Shown here piece by piece: positions 51,401-63,420 of a stretch of 64,000 nucleotides of DNA (the first letter of the stretch is position 1; each line of letters begins with the position of its first letter). The translations under genes and the position numbers were made by a program. A model generated the notes under the pieces. The model did not search any database and had not been told where the DNA came from. It saw nothing but the letters and a program-made list of their open reading frames with translations. Source of the DNA: Epiperipatus broadwayi (Eukaryota; Animalia; Onychophora); contig JAQFVV010000007.1 in the NCBI GenBank assembly GCA_028023455.1, positions 15,934,001-15,998,000 on the forward strand. The letters run 5' to 3'.

Positions 51401-54400
51401 ATCATAATTCTTTTACTTCTGGATATCAAATGCAATGATCAGTTTCAAACAGCCTAAAGATAGATGTCTTGTCATTATTAAACCCTGATTGCAAGTTTTC
51501 TTCGTGCTTTGACATTAAAAGCTGCTACCATATTTTTGTTGTTTCTATTTATGCTGAAAATTAATGAATAAGGTAGAATTACAATTTTTTTACTTTTATA
51601 TGTTGAATATAGTTGAAAATCAATATACATTGCAGGTATTTCTTAGGTATGGATAGACACAACTTTGATCTGATTTTTTTAAAAATTCAACATTTTTTTT
51701 AACATATGCATGTAGGAATTAAATCACTAAACATCACATGTATTTCCCATGCTTGCACAAGCTGTTAAACATAGTAGCAAATTCTACCAACAGTAGTGTC
51801 ACCTAGTGCAAACCATAGTAATCAATGGATGCAAGAAGCTTGCATAAAATCCCCTATCTAGTGCCTACTTATCCAATATCATCAGACTGCTTTTTAGCTT
51901 GTGACTTTCATCAGTGTTGAGCCTCGGAAGGTGGCTGCTTGATTGCATTAAATCCTAATATCTGGGTGCAGTGCTCTTAAATCCCACTGATGACAGCCAA
52001 AAGCAAAAAACTAGTCTGGGGATATTGGATTAGTAGGCACTAGATAGGGATTTTATGCATGAACTTTCTTGCATCCATTGATTACTATGGCTTACACTTG
52101 GATGACACTACCATGTGGAGAGTTTGCAAGTAGGAATTGTAGTGTGATTATTTTTACAGTGCCATATTGGGTAGACTAAGAATGTTTAGAAATTAGGAAG
52201 TGTAATTAGAAATTAGTGTGTAATTTATAATTAAATACTACATAACTATGTAATTATGTCAAGCATTGGTGGCCGAATGGTTAGCACAGCTGTCTTACAA
52301 GCAGTTGTTCTAGATTCACTTCCCAGCCAATGTTTTGACACATGAAAAAAAACTATGTAATTATGATAAAATTATTTGTCTAATGTCCTCTATAGAAGTT
52401 CTCTGGCATTGCAAGTGGCAATGTTTGCTGAAAATATCAACTAACATCTTAATAGAGATATGTTTTTGTCACTCAAACATGATGTTATCAATAGCTCAGG
52501 AAGTCAGTTGGAATTGCAACAAACTTTCTCAATAATTTATTAAATATGCTCACAACGGTCACCATGATTTTAAAGCTATGGGAGAAATGTAGCTGCAATC
52601 TTATTGAAGCTACCTTTGTATCAGCTTAGCAGTTAAAAATTTTATGGTTTATTTTCTCTTTTATTATATATGTGTGTGTATGTATATATATAATTTTATT
52701 AATTAATAAGAGAGTTACAAAATATGAAATAAACTTATAGGATGAAATTTGAGCCTTCTTACCTTATAATGACTTATCTCAATAATGCTATAATCTTTGT
52801 ATTATCCTGTCTAGAATATCTTCAGTTTGACGAAAATTTTATTCATATATTTATCATTGTAGTAATTTGTTTTCTATATAAAAACATATTTGTATTCTCA
52901 TGCTCATCTTTCTTTATTCAAAACATTTTGGATGTGATCAAATAAGGATTATAGTTGTATTGAGATACATCATTATAGAAGTGGGAATTCAGAGATCATC
53001 TCATTACATTCTAATTCAATAAGTTAATAATATTGCATATTAGAGATAAGAAGGATATGTCTTACAGCTGTTAAAATGAGTACTAGATGACTCAGCCTTG
53101 GGAAAAAGAAAATCAAGTCAATTTAAAAGGGAGGTTTAAAATATAATAAGCTTAATATTTCTGATAAAGATTGCATTTGTAATCATTAAAGCATCCTGCA
53201 AGCTAATTTTCTAATATGTATAACTTTACTAGTAACTAACTTTATTGTATATACATATTTATTATTTGCATTTATAGAAACAAGGAGAATTGTAGCAAAA
53301 AACAACCAAGCGACTGTGATACTTTGGAGTACAGAAACGGAGAAGGTAAATTTTCATTACATTACTTTACTACTATAAATTATTGTATAGATTTTGTATA
53401 TTTGTCAGATATATGGAACATAGATTATTTTGATAACTGATTTTCTAATTTTATATTAATATAATAGAATAATTTTTAGAATAATAAGTGCAATATTTTT
53501 TTCGTTGTTAAATACTCCATATGTAATACCTTCTCTCCTTCCACTCTATTGCATCCACAGTAAATGAAACAAAATAATTTTGTAGGGGGATGGTTTTAGT
53601 AAACTTGTAGACAAAGAAAAAGTTCTCCAAATTTTAAATAAACAATAAAATATTTTAGCATGCCTGATAGTAGTCAAAATATGGAAAATATTGATGGAGA
53701 TTTTATAAACTTTTTTTTTTCTTTTAAAAGTGATCTTTTATAAGTTAAAATTTTTATTCAAATTTGGAAAAAATGATTTACATTTCAAGTAAACATTACA
53801 AAGTATATTAATCTTTGTACGTAGATTTTTGCATTATATGTTATTTTCAGGGTTATGGTTGAAAGTTTTTTCTAGATATTTTTATAAGGTATTTAACAAG
53901 CGATTGAAAAGCTTTAAATGTTGTATAGTTAATTTAGATTAAAGAACAGCCTTGATATGCATATATAGATATGAAATTCTACAAGTATGGCCACAACTAT
54001 GAAAATGTTCTTAAATTCATAACAAAGGGCATGAAATAACATTAAGCAGTTGAATTCGTAATAAGCTATGTGGATTCAATTTTTTGCAGCCCTACACTGT
54101 GCACAAGAAATTAATGGACAGCTTATAATAATGCTTTCACATATATTTTTTCTTTATTTTTTTAAAACTAATATTATTATTCTCATTTTTTGTTTTAAAA
54201 ACAGGCAAAACTCTATATACGTATTGCCACTCAGTGTAGTTATAAACAAGCATAAGAGATGGTGATCATGTGATCTTTTTTATTTTTAAGCTGAAACAAA
54301 AATATTTTTTTCATATTTCTCGTGAATTGCATAAAATTTTTATAACATTGAAGAAATAAAAATTTAAGCTGTTTCTAAATATTTTACTGTATAGATTATA

Positions 54401-55630
54401 AAATTGAAGTATATGTGTGTGTGTTTGTGCATGTATAAAATTTTTTAATGTAGATTATAATAAAATATATTATAAAATAAATTTTACTATTCATCAAATT
54501 TAATCTTGGTTGTAATTAAATCAGAGATATTAATAATAACTTTTTTTATAAAGTAAAAAACACAAATGTGTATTCCCCTAATTTGGAATGGGGTTGCTCC
54601 TTTTCATTAGAAATAAGTTTTGGTCCAATATGTTACTTAGCTACAGATACCAAAAAAATCAATATTCCATAATAGTTTTCAAAGACATAAAGAAGTAGAT
54701 AAGATTTAAGAAAAGTTTGAAATATTAAAAGAGTATGTTAAATGTAATCTGCTATATAATTGAATCCTTGTATTTTTATCTTTGTTGTTGCTGTTGTTAT
54801 TATTCTGTTCACTCAATTGGTTCAACTTCAAAAGCATATAAATTACTATCTTCATTTTGATTTGAAACATTCTAATTTTGAAGACATTTGACTTCTATTT
54901 TTTTTTTAGCTTAAGTTGTTAGTTAAACCTCATTTCATTTGGCCTTCCAAATTATTTTCAAATCTTACAATCTTATGATTTTTGTATTAATGTCATAAAA
55001 TAAAAAATAGAAACTGATGGATTAGGTTGCATTTAAATCTTTATGCTCAAAAATGATTCATGCTCTGTATATTACGCATCTATTCAAACCGATGAATGCT
55101 TTATTTTTCACTGTAAAGTAAAATATCAGCATTTCATGTTTCATTTTTGCAATGTATAAAATTTTATTAATTAAAAACTGATGTTTCAGTTGTATTACAG
55201 TCTTTTTCAGAAATCTCTGTCAATTTTCTTATTTAATGTTTTTTTTTGGTTGAACAATAAGAGAAAGGAAGATGATTTCTGAAGAAGATTGCTATGTAAT
55301 TGAAACATTGATTTTTAATTATAGTTTTAATTGGAAGTTAGACCCTGTATATACTCTCAAACCAAAGAACAAGATAGACTTTGAAAAGATAAGAACACCC
55401 ATCTTATCTATGTGTTAAATTCATTTATATAGGCCGAACTGAAGCAGCTTGGAATGAGAGTGTGAAAGTCTTTCTTTAATCACTATACATCCATTTACTT
55501 TATGTATTAACAATCGCATAATCTTCTAATTTACTGTCTGTTAATATTATGAAATATTAGAATTTAAGTAACTCTCTATTTAATTTACTAGCATAGTATT
55601 GTATGTAATTTTAATAGAAAGAGGATTACA

Positions 55631-55662
<32 letters not shown>

Positions 55663-58600
55663 GCACTGTAATGTTGTTTTAATATCTTAACAATATTTTG
55701 ATGAGTATGAAGGATACTCTCGAGCCAAAGTGCAAGATAGAGACTTTGAAAAGATAAAAGTGGCCATCTTATTTTTGTACCATTAAGTGTGAAAAGCAGA
55801 CAATTTTTTATTAAGAAAAATAATTAATGCAAATGTACATGTTTTTACAGATGTTGGGAAGTGATTGTAAGTCTTGGATAAGTTTGTTTTATTGAAAACC
55901 AACATTGAAATTATTTTAATGTGTATGCTTTTTCTTATATTAAAAGTTTTGCGTATACAATTGTGACTTAACTTCAATTCAGAATGATGATTGAAAATAA
56001 TCTTTTATAAGAAAACTTGAATAGAAAACTGTTAATGGACATATTGTACTTTTGTCAATAGACACCAATTAAACAATCCAGGTTTATACTCTGGTCATGA
56101 TACTACATTCATTGAGATGTTTGGTTTTTTTTCTCTTTGGTTTGGTGTAGTGGTGTAGGAACAGACCCCTGAGTTACAGCCCAAGTCTATCATTCTACAA
56201 ACACCTTTTGTGAAAACCTGAGCAATAAAGCTATTCAATTATTTTAATTTAAAATCTACTACTAAATGGTTATATATATATCAAAGAGTTGATTTTTGTA
56301 ATCAAATAAGAATGATTGATGTAAAATGTTCCATGTTATCAATTGGTCAGAAAAAAATGTAACAGTCGATTTTTTTAAAGTTATCTAAAAACAGATGTTG
56401 AATCAAAACAAATTATGAAAAATAAGTATAAATAATTTTTTATATAGAAAAGGAGTATTCTTTAACATTTATTTCTAAAAATGTTTATATCTTTTTCTTC
56501 TTAAATGATATATTTTTCATTTTAACATTAAAAAAAAAAAAAAACTTATTTAAGAAGTCTGTTTTCTCCACACAATTCTTTTTCTTGAACACAGCTTATT
56601 TGCAATTTTAAATATCTATGTGTCAAAAACTAAATAACAGACTCAATATTGTAGATATTAATTAGAAATCTGTATTACCTGAAATTATTTTTTAAAAAAG
56701 TTTTTTTTTTTCTGTTTTTTCTTTTTAAGAAAAATGGGAATTATTTTCAAAATTTTGTAATGTATATTAAAAAAAAGTTGTGAAAATAAATTTCTGTAAA
56801 AATAAATAAATAAATCAATAAAATTTATTCTAATTGCTATCTTGATTTTAGTTGTTTGCTTATTTGAAAAAGAAATATCTTTTTAAAATATTTAAATAAT
56901 GATTTATTTATTACTATTTTTTCAATCGCCAAATTTTTTTAAAAAATTATTCCTAGTTATTTTTAAAATAATAATTTAAACAAATTTGATTGTATATATA
57001 GGAAAGAAAAATACATTAAAATACTTCTGTTCTATTTAATATATCAAAGATTCATCTTTGCTGTATATCTAGCCATATATTTTGCTAGAAATATAACAAA
57101 AGTAAAGAGTTGATAAATATCAATAAACTATTAATATATTTTACCCTCCATTGAAATCTTCAGAGATATTAACTTTGCTATAGTGATATTTCTTTATCAT
57201 ATATTGAATTATAAATTTCAATAGCTAGATAGTTTCTAAACATAATTCATATGATGACACCCAAAACTGAAATCCATATAGGTTGCCTTGAAAACAGATT
57301 GTATATTTTATAACTGATTAAACCTTGGCTGTCATCATATGAATATATATACAATAAAATATATTTTACCAGAATATGTACACAATTATCAACTATTACG
57401 GTAATGTTCACTATAGTCATGCTTTGACAAAGATACTCAATATCGAAAGCATGGCTCTGCAAAGTAATAAATATTGTTTTGTATCGAAAATTTATTACTG
57501 TAATAGTTGATAATTATCTATATACTCTGGTAGAATATATTTTATTACATATTATCTGCAGTATGTACATATAATATAGTTTATATATATATACTTATTT
57601 ACGGAGCAACTAAATCGGAATAGTTTGCAATTATAAGTTATAAGTCAGATTTCCAAAGAATCATTTCCCACTTTGTTGTATCTATGCCAATTTATTGATC
57701 AAATGAAACAGGGTCACTTTCATCTATAACCCATATTCTTAAATGGCAAATAAGTAGAGCATATTTTAATAGCATTATTTTTTGTGATTATTGGCCAAAC
57801 CAGTTACAATTTTAAATAACAATCAAATTGAAAATTTTAATATGCCTATAGATAAATTCAAGTTATTAAATATGTAATGCTAAGAATGTAATTTTATTCT
57901 TGGAGCAATTTAGTCTGAATTCATTTCTATAATAATTGACTATATCTGATTTATTTACAGACATTTTAAAATTATGGAATTTATATATAAATTCATACAT
58001 TTTATATGCCTCTTGATATCATGAATATTTTTCATCAACTGATGAACATTAATTATTTCTGTTAAGTTCAATAATAATTATGAAAAATAAGTGTTTATTA
58101 GAAAGAAACGTCTGGGTGGGTTTATCAACAGTCACCCAGGTGGCCATTATACTCTATGCAAATTAATATTGCTGCAGATTGATAGACTCAAATGCTAAAA
58201 ATTCCTGAATCTATTCTCAGCCAAATCAGCCACTTGAATACTCAGATATCACATGACCTCCCAACTAATCAATTCAGATTATTTTATTTGTCCTTACATG
58301 GCACGTATTCTTTGCCTGCATATATATTGTAAGTCAGAGAAACATCATTCTGGCAATAAAGAACTCCAAATCATGAATAGGATCTATGACCAAAGAACAG
58401 CTTTGGATATCTACAGTTTTTTTTTCTCATTTTGTTTATTAAAATAGTAATTAGGGGAGATGATAAGATTAGCTAAGTTTTGTAGCTGCTGAAGTATGTG
58501 GCTTTATTGCTTGGAAGTTTCTAAGTTTGAGCGCTAGACCTGCGAGCACTAGAATCAATCTTCGGACTTCCTGAACCCAAAGTCAGATGCTCTATCAACT

Positions 58601-60438
58601 TTGACAAACCCTGCAGTGGAAATAATATAATGTACTTAGAAAACAATCCTGAAAATAACATTTTTAGTGAAGAAACATTAATTGAAAAATGAATATTTTC
58701 ACTAGATGCGATAATTGTAAACATTCGTTGAGAAATTTTATTAATAATGATAGCAAATAGCTGTTATTAATGTAAAGAAAAAAAAAAGAAAATTATTTTA
58801 TCTTTGAAAACCTAAAATTAATTTAATGAGTAAACAAATAGTTGAAAAACAAATATTTCATAGTGATATCAATGCAAACATTCCAAAATAAAAATTCAAT
58901 TAACATTTGCTCTCATTGCAATATTTAATTTCATATGTAATAATTTGCATATTTATACTTATTAACAGTTCACTGAAGATATTATTTTTAAATTGATTTT
59001 CTAAATATATTCTGTTTTTAAACATGTTATATTATTTTCATGTTTTTTAAATTTTTTTATGAAAAAAAAAATGAAACTTACCAATTAAGGTGATGGTTCC
59101 TATAAATAGTGCATAAATGCAATTAGTATCCTAATTTTAAAACCAATAACTTAAAGAAAAAATTAGAGATAAATTACGCAATAAATTTCATTTTACATAT
59201 AAGTTGGTATTTTAAAGATGTTTGCTATTATGTTTTAAATTTAAGCTATCTAATTGGGAATTTTAATTGTCTATTTCTATCTTGTATTTGCTGATGATGG
59301 TTATGAAATCAATATACCTCTTTCTTCTTAAATTAGAAGAGGTTATTGAGTAATTTTCCAATGTGTTTGAATATTATTTGCTTTACAAGATCGACCCTAA
59401 TTTTTTAGATCAATATATCTATTTTATATAAACGAAATGCTGACTTACAATTATCAATTATTAAAAACAAAATGTTTTTTGTTATTATTATTTAAAGAAA
59501 TATTTAAAAATTAATACTTGAGATTTTATTGATTATTTATATTTATTCACATTTTATTTTAGTAAAATTTGTACTCTTTATTTTATTTTTTATTTTATTT
59601 TAAAAATTCTTTTTCTAGTGTTGCCTTTTACAGTTATATCCCATGTTTTGTTTTTTTGTATGAGAATTTTAGTTTTATTTAACCACTACATAAATTAAGT
59701 ACTTTCCCCCCTTTTTATTATTGAATATTTTTCCTCCTTATTCCATCATTTTTATTTTTAGTTACATTATCTGATTGTTTTTCCCCTGCCTTTTCCCCTA
59801 CAGTTAATACTATGGACCATCCTCCTATAATACACACAGCCAGTAGTAAGTAGTCCCATCTGCTACATTTTATTTTTTATAGGTTGGGGGGAGAGGTTTA
59901 TTTTCTTTTTTAAACAACCAAACTTAACTGAACATGAAGTTTGCTTTTTAAATCACGTTTAACACTTTTTTCACAACTATTTTTAATATTTTTATAAAAT
60001 TTTCTTTCTTTCAGTATAATAATTTTTTTTTTTGCACTAAATAATAATTTTATCACTTTAAATTAGAAATTAGTATCACAATAACATAACCTTTTTTAAA
60101 AAAACTAAAATAATATTTAATGGGACTATATTTCTGTATTCTTTTTTGTTTTTACTTCGCTTTTTTTCTTATTCATTTCTTTTTATCTTGGCTGGTGTTG
60201 GGTCTTATTGTTTATTTTTTTATATATATTTTGTTTTGTTTGTGAATTTTTATTTCACTGTTAAAACCACTCTTATTTATTTATTTATTTATAGTGACTA
60301 CGCCATTATTTACACAATCCAACAGCTCTCGCACATATGTAGATCCTCATACTTACGAAGATCCGAATCAAGCCGTTCGTGAATTCACAAGAGAGATCGA
60401 TGCTTCTCACATTACAATTGAAGCAATAATTGGAGGAG
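39280..60438 (+). CDS. Eph: Eph receptor tyrosine kinase, partial multi-exon CDS (8 exons in window; 5' ligand-binding and 3' kinase/SAM exons not found in window)
   Basis: Exons 39280-39435, 39568-39873, 41514-41728, 44760-44832, 45437-45548, 53278-53345, 59804-59845 and 60295-60438 all have AG/GT ends and compatible phases (1,1,1,0,1,2,1,1,1). The spliced protein has Eph domain order: EGF-like, FN3, FN3, [33 protein letters not shown](G). Confidence 0.96.
39568..39873 (+). CDS. Eph: Eph exon: first FN3 domain ([39 protein letters not shown]...YAENGVSEM...TEAA)
   Basis: tttttag|AA acceptor, GCAG|gtacga donor; 306 nt open, phase 1-1; PP..P.N, W..P...GGR.D..Y and AENGVS motifs. Confidence 0.96.
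41514..41728 (+). CDS. Eph: Eph exon: second FN3 domain, main part ([10 protein letters not shown]...LAWDPP...YEVRYF...[10 protein letters not shown])
   Basis: ttttcag|TT acceptor, TTTCAG|gttagt donor; 215 nt, phase 1-0; matches ORF track 41495..41770. Confidence 0.95.
43927..44607 (-). mobile_element. 3' fragment (about 680 bp) of the same LINE, antisense to Eph
   Basis: Starts atgtgatgtgatgcactatgac (reverse-complement tail); reverse complement aligns to about 36560-37265 and 47930-48646. Confidence 0.92.
44760..44832 (+). CDS. Eph: Eph exon: end of second FN3 ([24 protein letters not shown])
   Basis: ttgatctag|GTC acceptor, GTGG|gtaagt donor; 73 nt, phase 0-1; completes FQ-VR..T..G.G.FS of FN3 strands F-G. 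Confidence 0.93.
45325..45337 (+). promoter_or_regulatory. Candidate branchpoint / QKI-How bipartite element upstream of the TM exon
   Basis: GACTAAC-C-CTAAC fits ACUAAY-N(1-20)-UAAY and the CUAAC branchpoint; a long poly-U tract follows at 45369-45395. Confidence 0.45.
45437..45548 (+). CDS. Eph: Eph exon: transmembrane helix ([37 protein letters not shown]); in-frame alternative acceptors at 45410 and 45416
   Basis: ttttacag|CC acceptor, CGTAG|gtgagt donor; about 24 hydrophobic residues followed by basic residues. The 5' boundary is ambiguous (see findings). Confidence 0.92.
45938..45952 (-). promoter_or_regulatory. Candidate CTCF site
   Basis: Reverse complement CACTAGATGGCGCTA matches the CTCF core consensus, with its CpG retained. 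Confidence 0.6.
46802..48646 (+). mobile_element. 3' fragment (about 1.85 kb) of the same LINE, RT through tail
   Basis: [30 protein letters not shown]; ends gtgcatcacatcacat. Confidence 0.94.
49800..50138. mobile_element. Family A palindromic copy (two inverted arms, 8-nt centre)
   Basis: aaaacaggcaaaactc...cacctagatctt ttatttct aagatctaggtg...gagttttgcctgtttt. Confidence 0.9.
50693..51190. mobile_element. Family B partial copy with duplicated right end
   Basis: gaaagtct(t)gagttcaaacccc(c)tata occurs twice (about 50728 and 51164); interior homologous to 18330-18700. Confidence 0.78.
51791..52127. mobile_element. Family A palindromic copy (variant subfamily)
   Basis: Left arm 51791-51930 and right arm 51940-52127 are reverse complements with deletions near the centre. 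Confidence 0.88.
52259..52350 (+). mobile_element. Minimal tRNA-Val(TAC)-like SINE (family D) with 15-bp TSD
   Basis: tcaagcattggtggccgaatggttagcacagctgtcttacaagcag..cccagccaatgttttgacacatgaaaaaa; aactatgtaattatg on both sides (52244-52258, 52351-52365). Confidence 0.85.
53278..53345 (+). CDS. Eph: Eph exon: juxtamembrane ([23 protein letters not shown])
   Basis: tttatag|A acceptor, GAAG|gtaaat donor; 68 nt, phase 2-1, fitting both neighbours; [16 protein letters not shown] recalled as arthropod Eph juxtamembrane sequence. Confidence 0.9.
54197..54236 (+). repeat. Family A terminal fragment (similar fragments at about 4925-4985 and 18752-18810)
   Basis: aaaaacaggcaaaactctatatacgtattgccactcagtg. 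Confidence 0.7.
56139..56238 (+). mobile_element. SINE family C copy (further diverged copies at about 4712-4800, 29195-29290, 58545-58620)
   Basis: tggtttggtgtagtgg head and acctgagcaataaagctattca tail. Confidence 0.6.
59804..59845 (+). CDS. Eph: Eph 42-nt symmetric cassette exon ([14 protein letters not shown]), juxtamembrane
   Basis: ttcccctgccttttcccctacag|TT acceptor, AGTA|gtaagt donor; phase 1-1, open, multiple of 3. Confidence 0.78.
60295..60438 (+). CDS. Eph: Eph exon: juxtamembrane tyrosines and kinase start ([47 protein letters not shown])
   Basis: atttatag|TG acceptor, GGAG|gtattg donor; 144 nt, phase 1-1; hallmark YVDPxTYEDP. Confidence 0.97.
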
Positions 60439-61291
60439 GTATTGTAAGCTTTATTTAATATGAACTGCCTTTTTCTTTCTTGCCGAACCTAAAATTACTA
60501 TACAAATGTTTTTATACCACAAACTTGGGAAAAAATACAAAACTAGGAAGTCTATTTTATTTCAATTTCAAATGTAATAATGTTTTTAAAATCATATATT
60601 TTACTAAAGTGGGGAGAAATCATTATTTCATTTAAAATTTCAAAAAAATTATTTATATTTTAGCAAAAATATTCTTTTTGTGAATAGAATTGGAAACAAT
60701 ACTATATTTGGAAATTTTATTTATATATATGCCAAATCTAAATTTGTAAATAAATCCACATATTTTCAATTTTTTTTAAACTATATTTTAAATTGGTAGC
60801 TAACTATACAGAAAAATTTACACCTGATTACATAAGCAATCAAATTGATTAATCAAACCCCACACAAGTGTAAACGAGTAGCTAGGCAACCCTGTCACTG
60901 CACAGGGAAAGCTAACAAGTATTTTGGCACTGAACATTCCGGGAACAGGGATTTTATGAAGTGACTCTGAAAATTAACACTATTTTATTACTACATATTA
61001 ACATAATGATGTAATTTTTAAATTAGAAATGTAGAGAAAGAGAAAACTAGTTAAAACTTTTGAGAAATGCATATTTATATGTGTATTATAAATGTAAATC
61101 ACATGATTGCCGCAAGCTTTTCAATAGCAGGAATCTTCAATCTGTTTTCACGACAATTTCTGTTAATAAAACATGATCTTGACAATATACTGAAAATTCC
61201 TGATATTAATAAACTTGGATTTTTACTATGTGATTTATATTTATGAACAATTATTTTTATGCAAAATCAAATTTATTATCCAAAAGAAAAA

Positions 61292-61984
61292 GGTAGTTAT
61301 GTATTATTCTGTCTCCCAAACTTGGCAGTCATTTTTATTTTTTAAATTATATGTTTTCAGGGCATACAAATATTTGTTTGTTTTTTTTCTCAGTATTATT
61401 TTGCTTAATATGTGTTACTTGTTAAGTTTAAAAAATATTAATAAATCGTTTATAAATTCCATTCATTAAGGTTTAATTAATTTTTTATATACATATGTTA
61501 ACTTGGAAATGCTAACACTCTTTGAATAATGTCATGGTTTTTTATGTTCAGCATCTTTGTTTTTTTCGCAAGCAAGATTTATTTGTGATGATTTTGCAGG
61601 CCATTAGGGATTTTAAGCCTCCAACATAAATAATCCTTTTTTAAAAATGTTTGTTATTTTTATATTCATAAATTGCCAACAGTGATTGTCATAAATGTTG
61701 AAAAAAAATTACTTTGGAACTACTTTCTTAGATTTACAAAGTAATTATAGTCACTATAAATGAGGTTTACTGCAATTTAAATCATTAAATTTATTTTAAT
61801 TACAATTAGTTGTCTTATTTTGTGTAATTTCTTTTATTTTTATAATAATAACAGCAACAACAAAAAAAAAAAAAGAGAGGCAGATATTAAATATGACCTG
61901 TTCTTGTGAGCCATTTTATTTTAAAGATTTAATTAAAAAAAAAATGGCTGCCAAACTTGGGAGGCAGAATAATACGCAAGTACC
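61292..61984. mobile_element. Putative MITE, about 690 bp, about 45-50-bp imperfect TIRs
   Basis: gtattattctgtctcccaaacttggcagtcattttt (61301) vs aaaaatggctgccaaacttgggaggcagaataatac (ends 61975). Confidence 0.65.
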
Positions 61985-62956
61985 AAATAAAAATTATAAA
62001 TAATATTATATGGACTGCATCACATGTATATATATGATTATTATATATGCCATTTTAAAATTAGAAATGTGAATCCTCCCATGAGAGTAAAAAAATAACA
62101 ATAATAAAACTTGAAAAAAATGCATATTTAATAAATATATAAAACTTATTTATTAAGTGAGATTTATTAATTTATTTTTAGCTAAAAATTACAGCCACTT
62201 AGCAGTCTAGAATTGCTTTCTTTGTAAGAACATGGGTTGTAGTTTTTAATGAAAAATGGAAAACTCCATTTATTAAATATTTCCATCTATGATTTCCAAT
62301 AAAGTGTAATTTATATTACTGGATTTACTAGTGGGAGGGATCTGTAACAAAATAAAAGAAGTTGTTATACATTAATTTCTTATATGTAGTATTTTGTACT
62401 CCATATAAAAACAGAAGACACAATCAAAAGGATTTTTTTTTTATGTGAAGCACTGAAATATACTCTCTTTCTCAGCTCCAGGGAGCTAATTTTGATTGGC
62501 TGCTTTCTTTGTAAAAATTTGGCTGTGATTTTTAACTAAAAATAAAAAATGGAGAATTCCATTTATTAAATAGTTCCTCCTATGACATCCATTAAAAATT
62601 AAATTATGTATGATATCTTGCAAATAGTATGCTGGGAACTGAGTTTCATGATGCTAATCACTATATCCCAGGATTTGGCAAACTTTTTAGCATAAAGAAC
62701 CATTTAATTTCCCCCCTTTCACCAATACAAGAGCCACAAAAGAAAGAGGTCAAAAGTAGTTTTGTTCATGAAAATATAAATTTCTGAATAGCTGTGGATA
62801 TATTTGAACATTTAGAAATAAAACAGTAGAATCTGGATACATCATAATGAAAATAAATAAGTAAAAATTTATTTACAAATAAACAAAACAGAAACAAAAA
62901 ATTACTTTGACAGTTTGATTTATTCATACATTTCTAATATTTAAATATTCATTATA

Positions 62957-63420
62957 TGAATGGGGTACCCAAAAGTAACCGGAATTTTAGAATAAAAAAC
63001 TGTTTATTTATTTGTATTATAAATTTAATCTGTTTCAAATTACTGTGCATTTGATGCAATACACCAGTAGTCCAGAAACACTTGCAAAGTGATGTCTTAA
63101 CATGCAGTATTTTTTCTTTCATCACTTCTATCTCTGAAAAAAAAAAAAAAAAAGACAGAGAGACATTTTTACTTTTGAGAGATTAAAAGAAAAGTCACAT
63201 GAAGTGAGATAGAATGAATGTGGCTGATAAATAGGATCACACTTCTCTCTTTACCACAAAATGGACCGTTTACATTTTACCACATCACATAAATGTTTCA
63301 GAACTTGGAGGTAAAATGTCGGACCATTACGAAGCAAATTTGAGCAAAAAATGTTGTGCGCATCAAAAAAAGCCAGCATTGTTTTGACTTTGACTTCACT
63401 TGCAACGCTTTTTAGGGACA
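62957..63420 (-). mobile_element. Decayed mariner transposon (3' part and terminal repeat)
   Basis: ta|tgaatggggtacccaaaagtaaccggaat resembles a mariner TIR after TA; minus-strand KVKTMLAFFDAH..GPTFYLQVLKHL.DVVK.KR.ILW resembles mariner transposase; a CDF-like remnant lies near 63190-63215. Confidence 0.8.
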
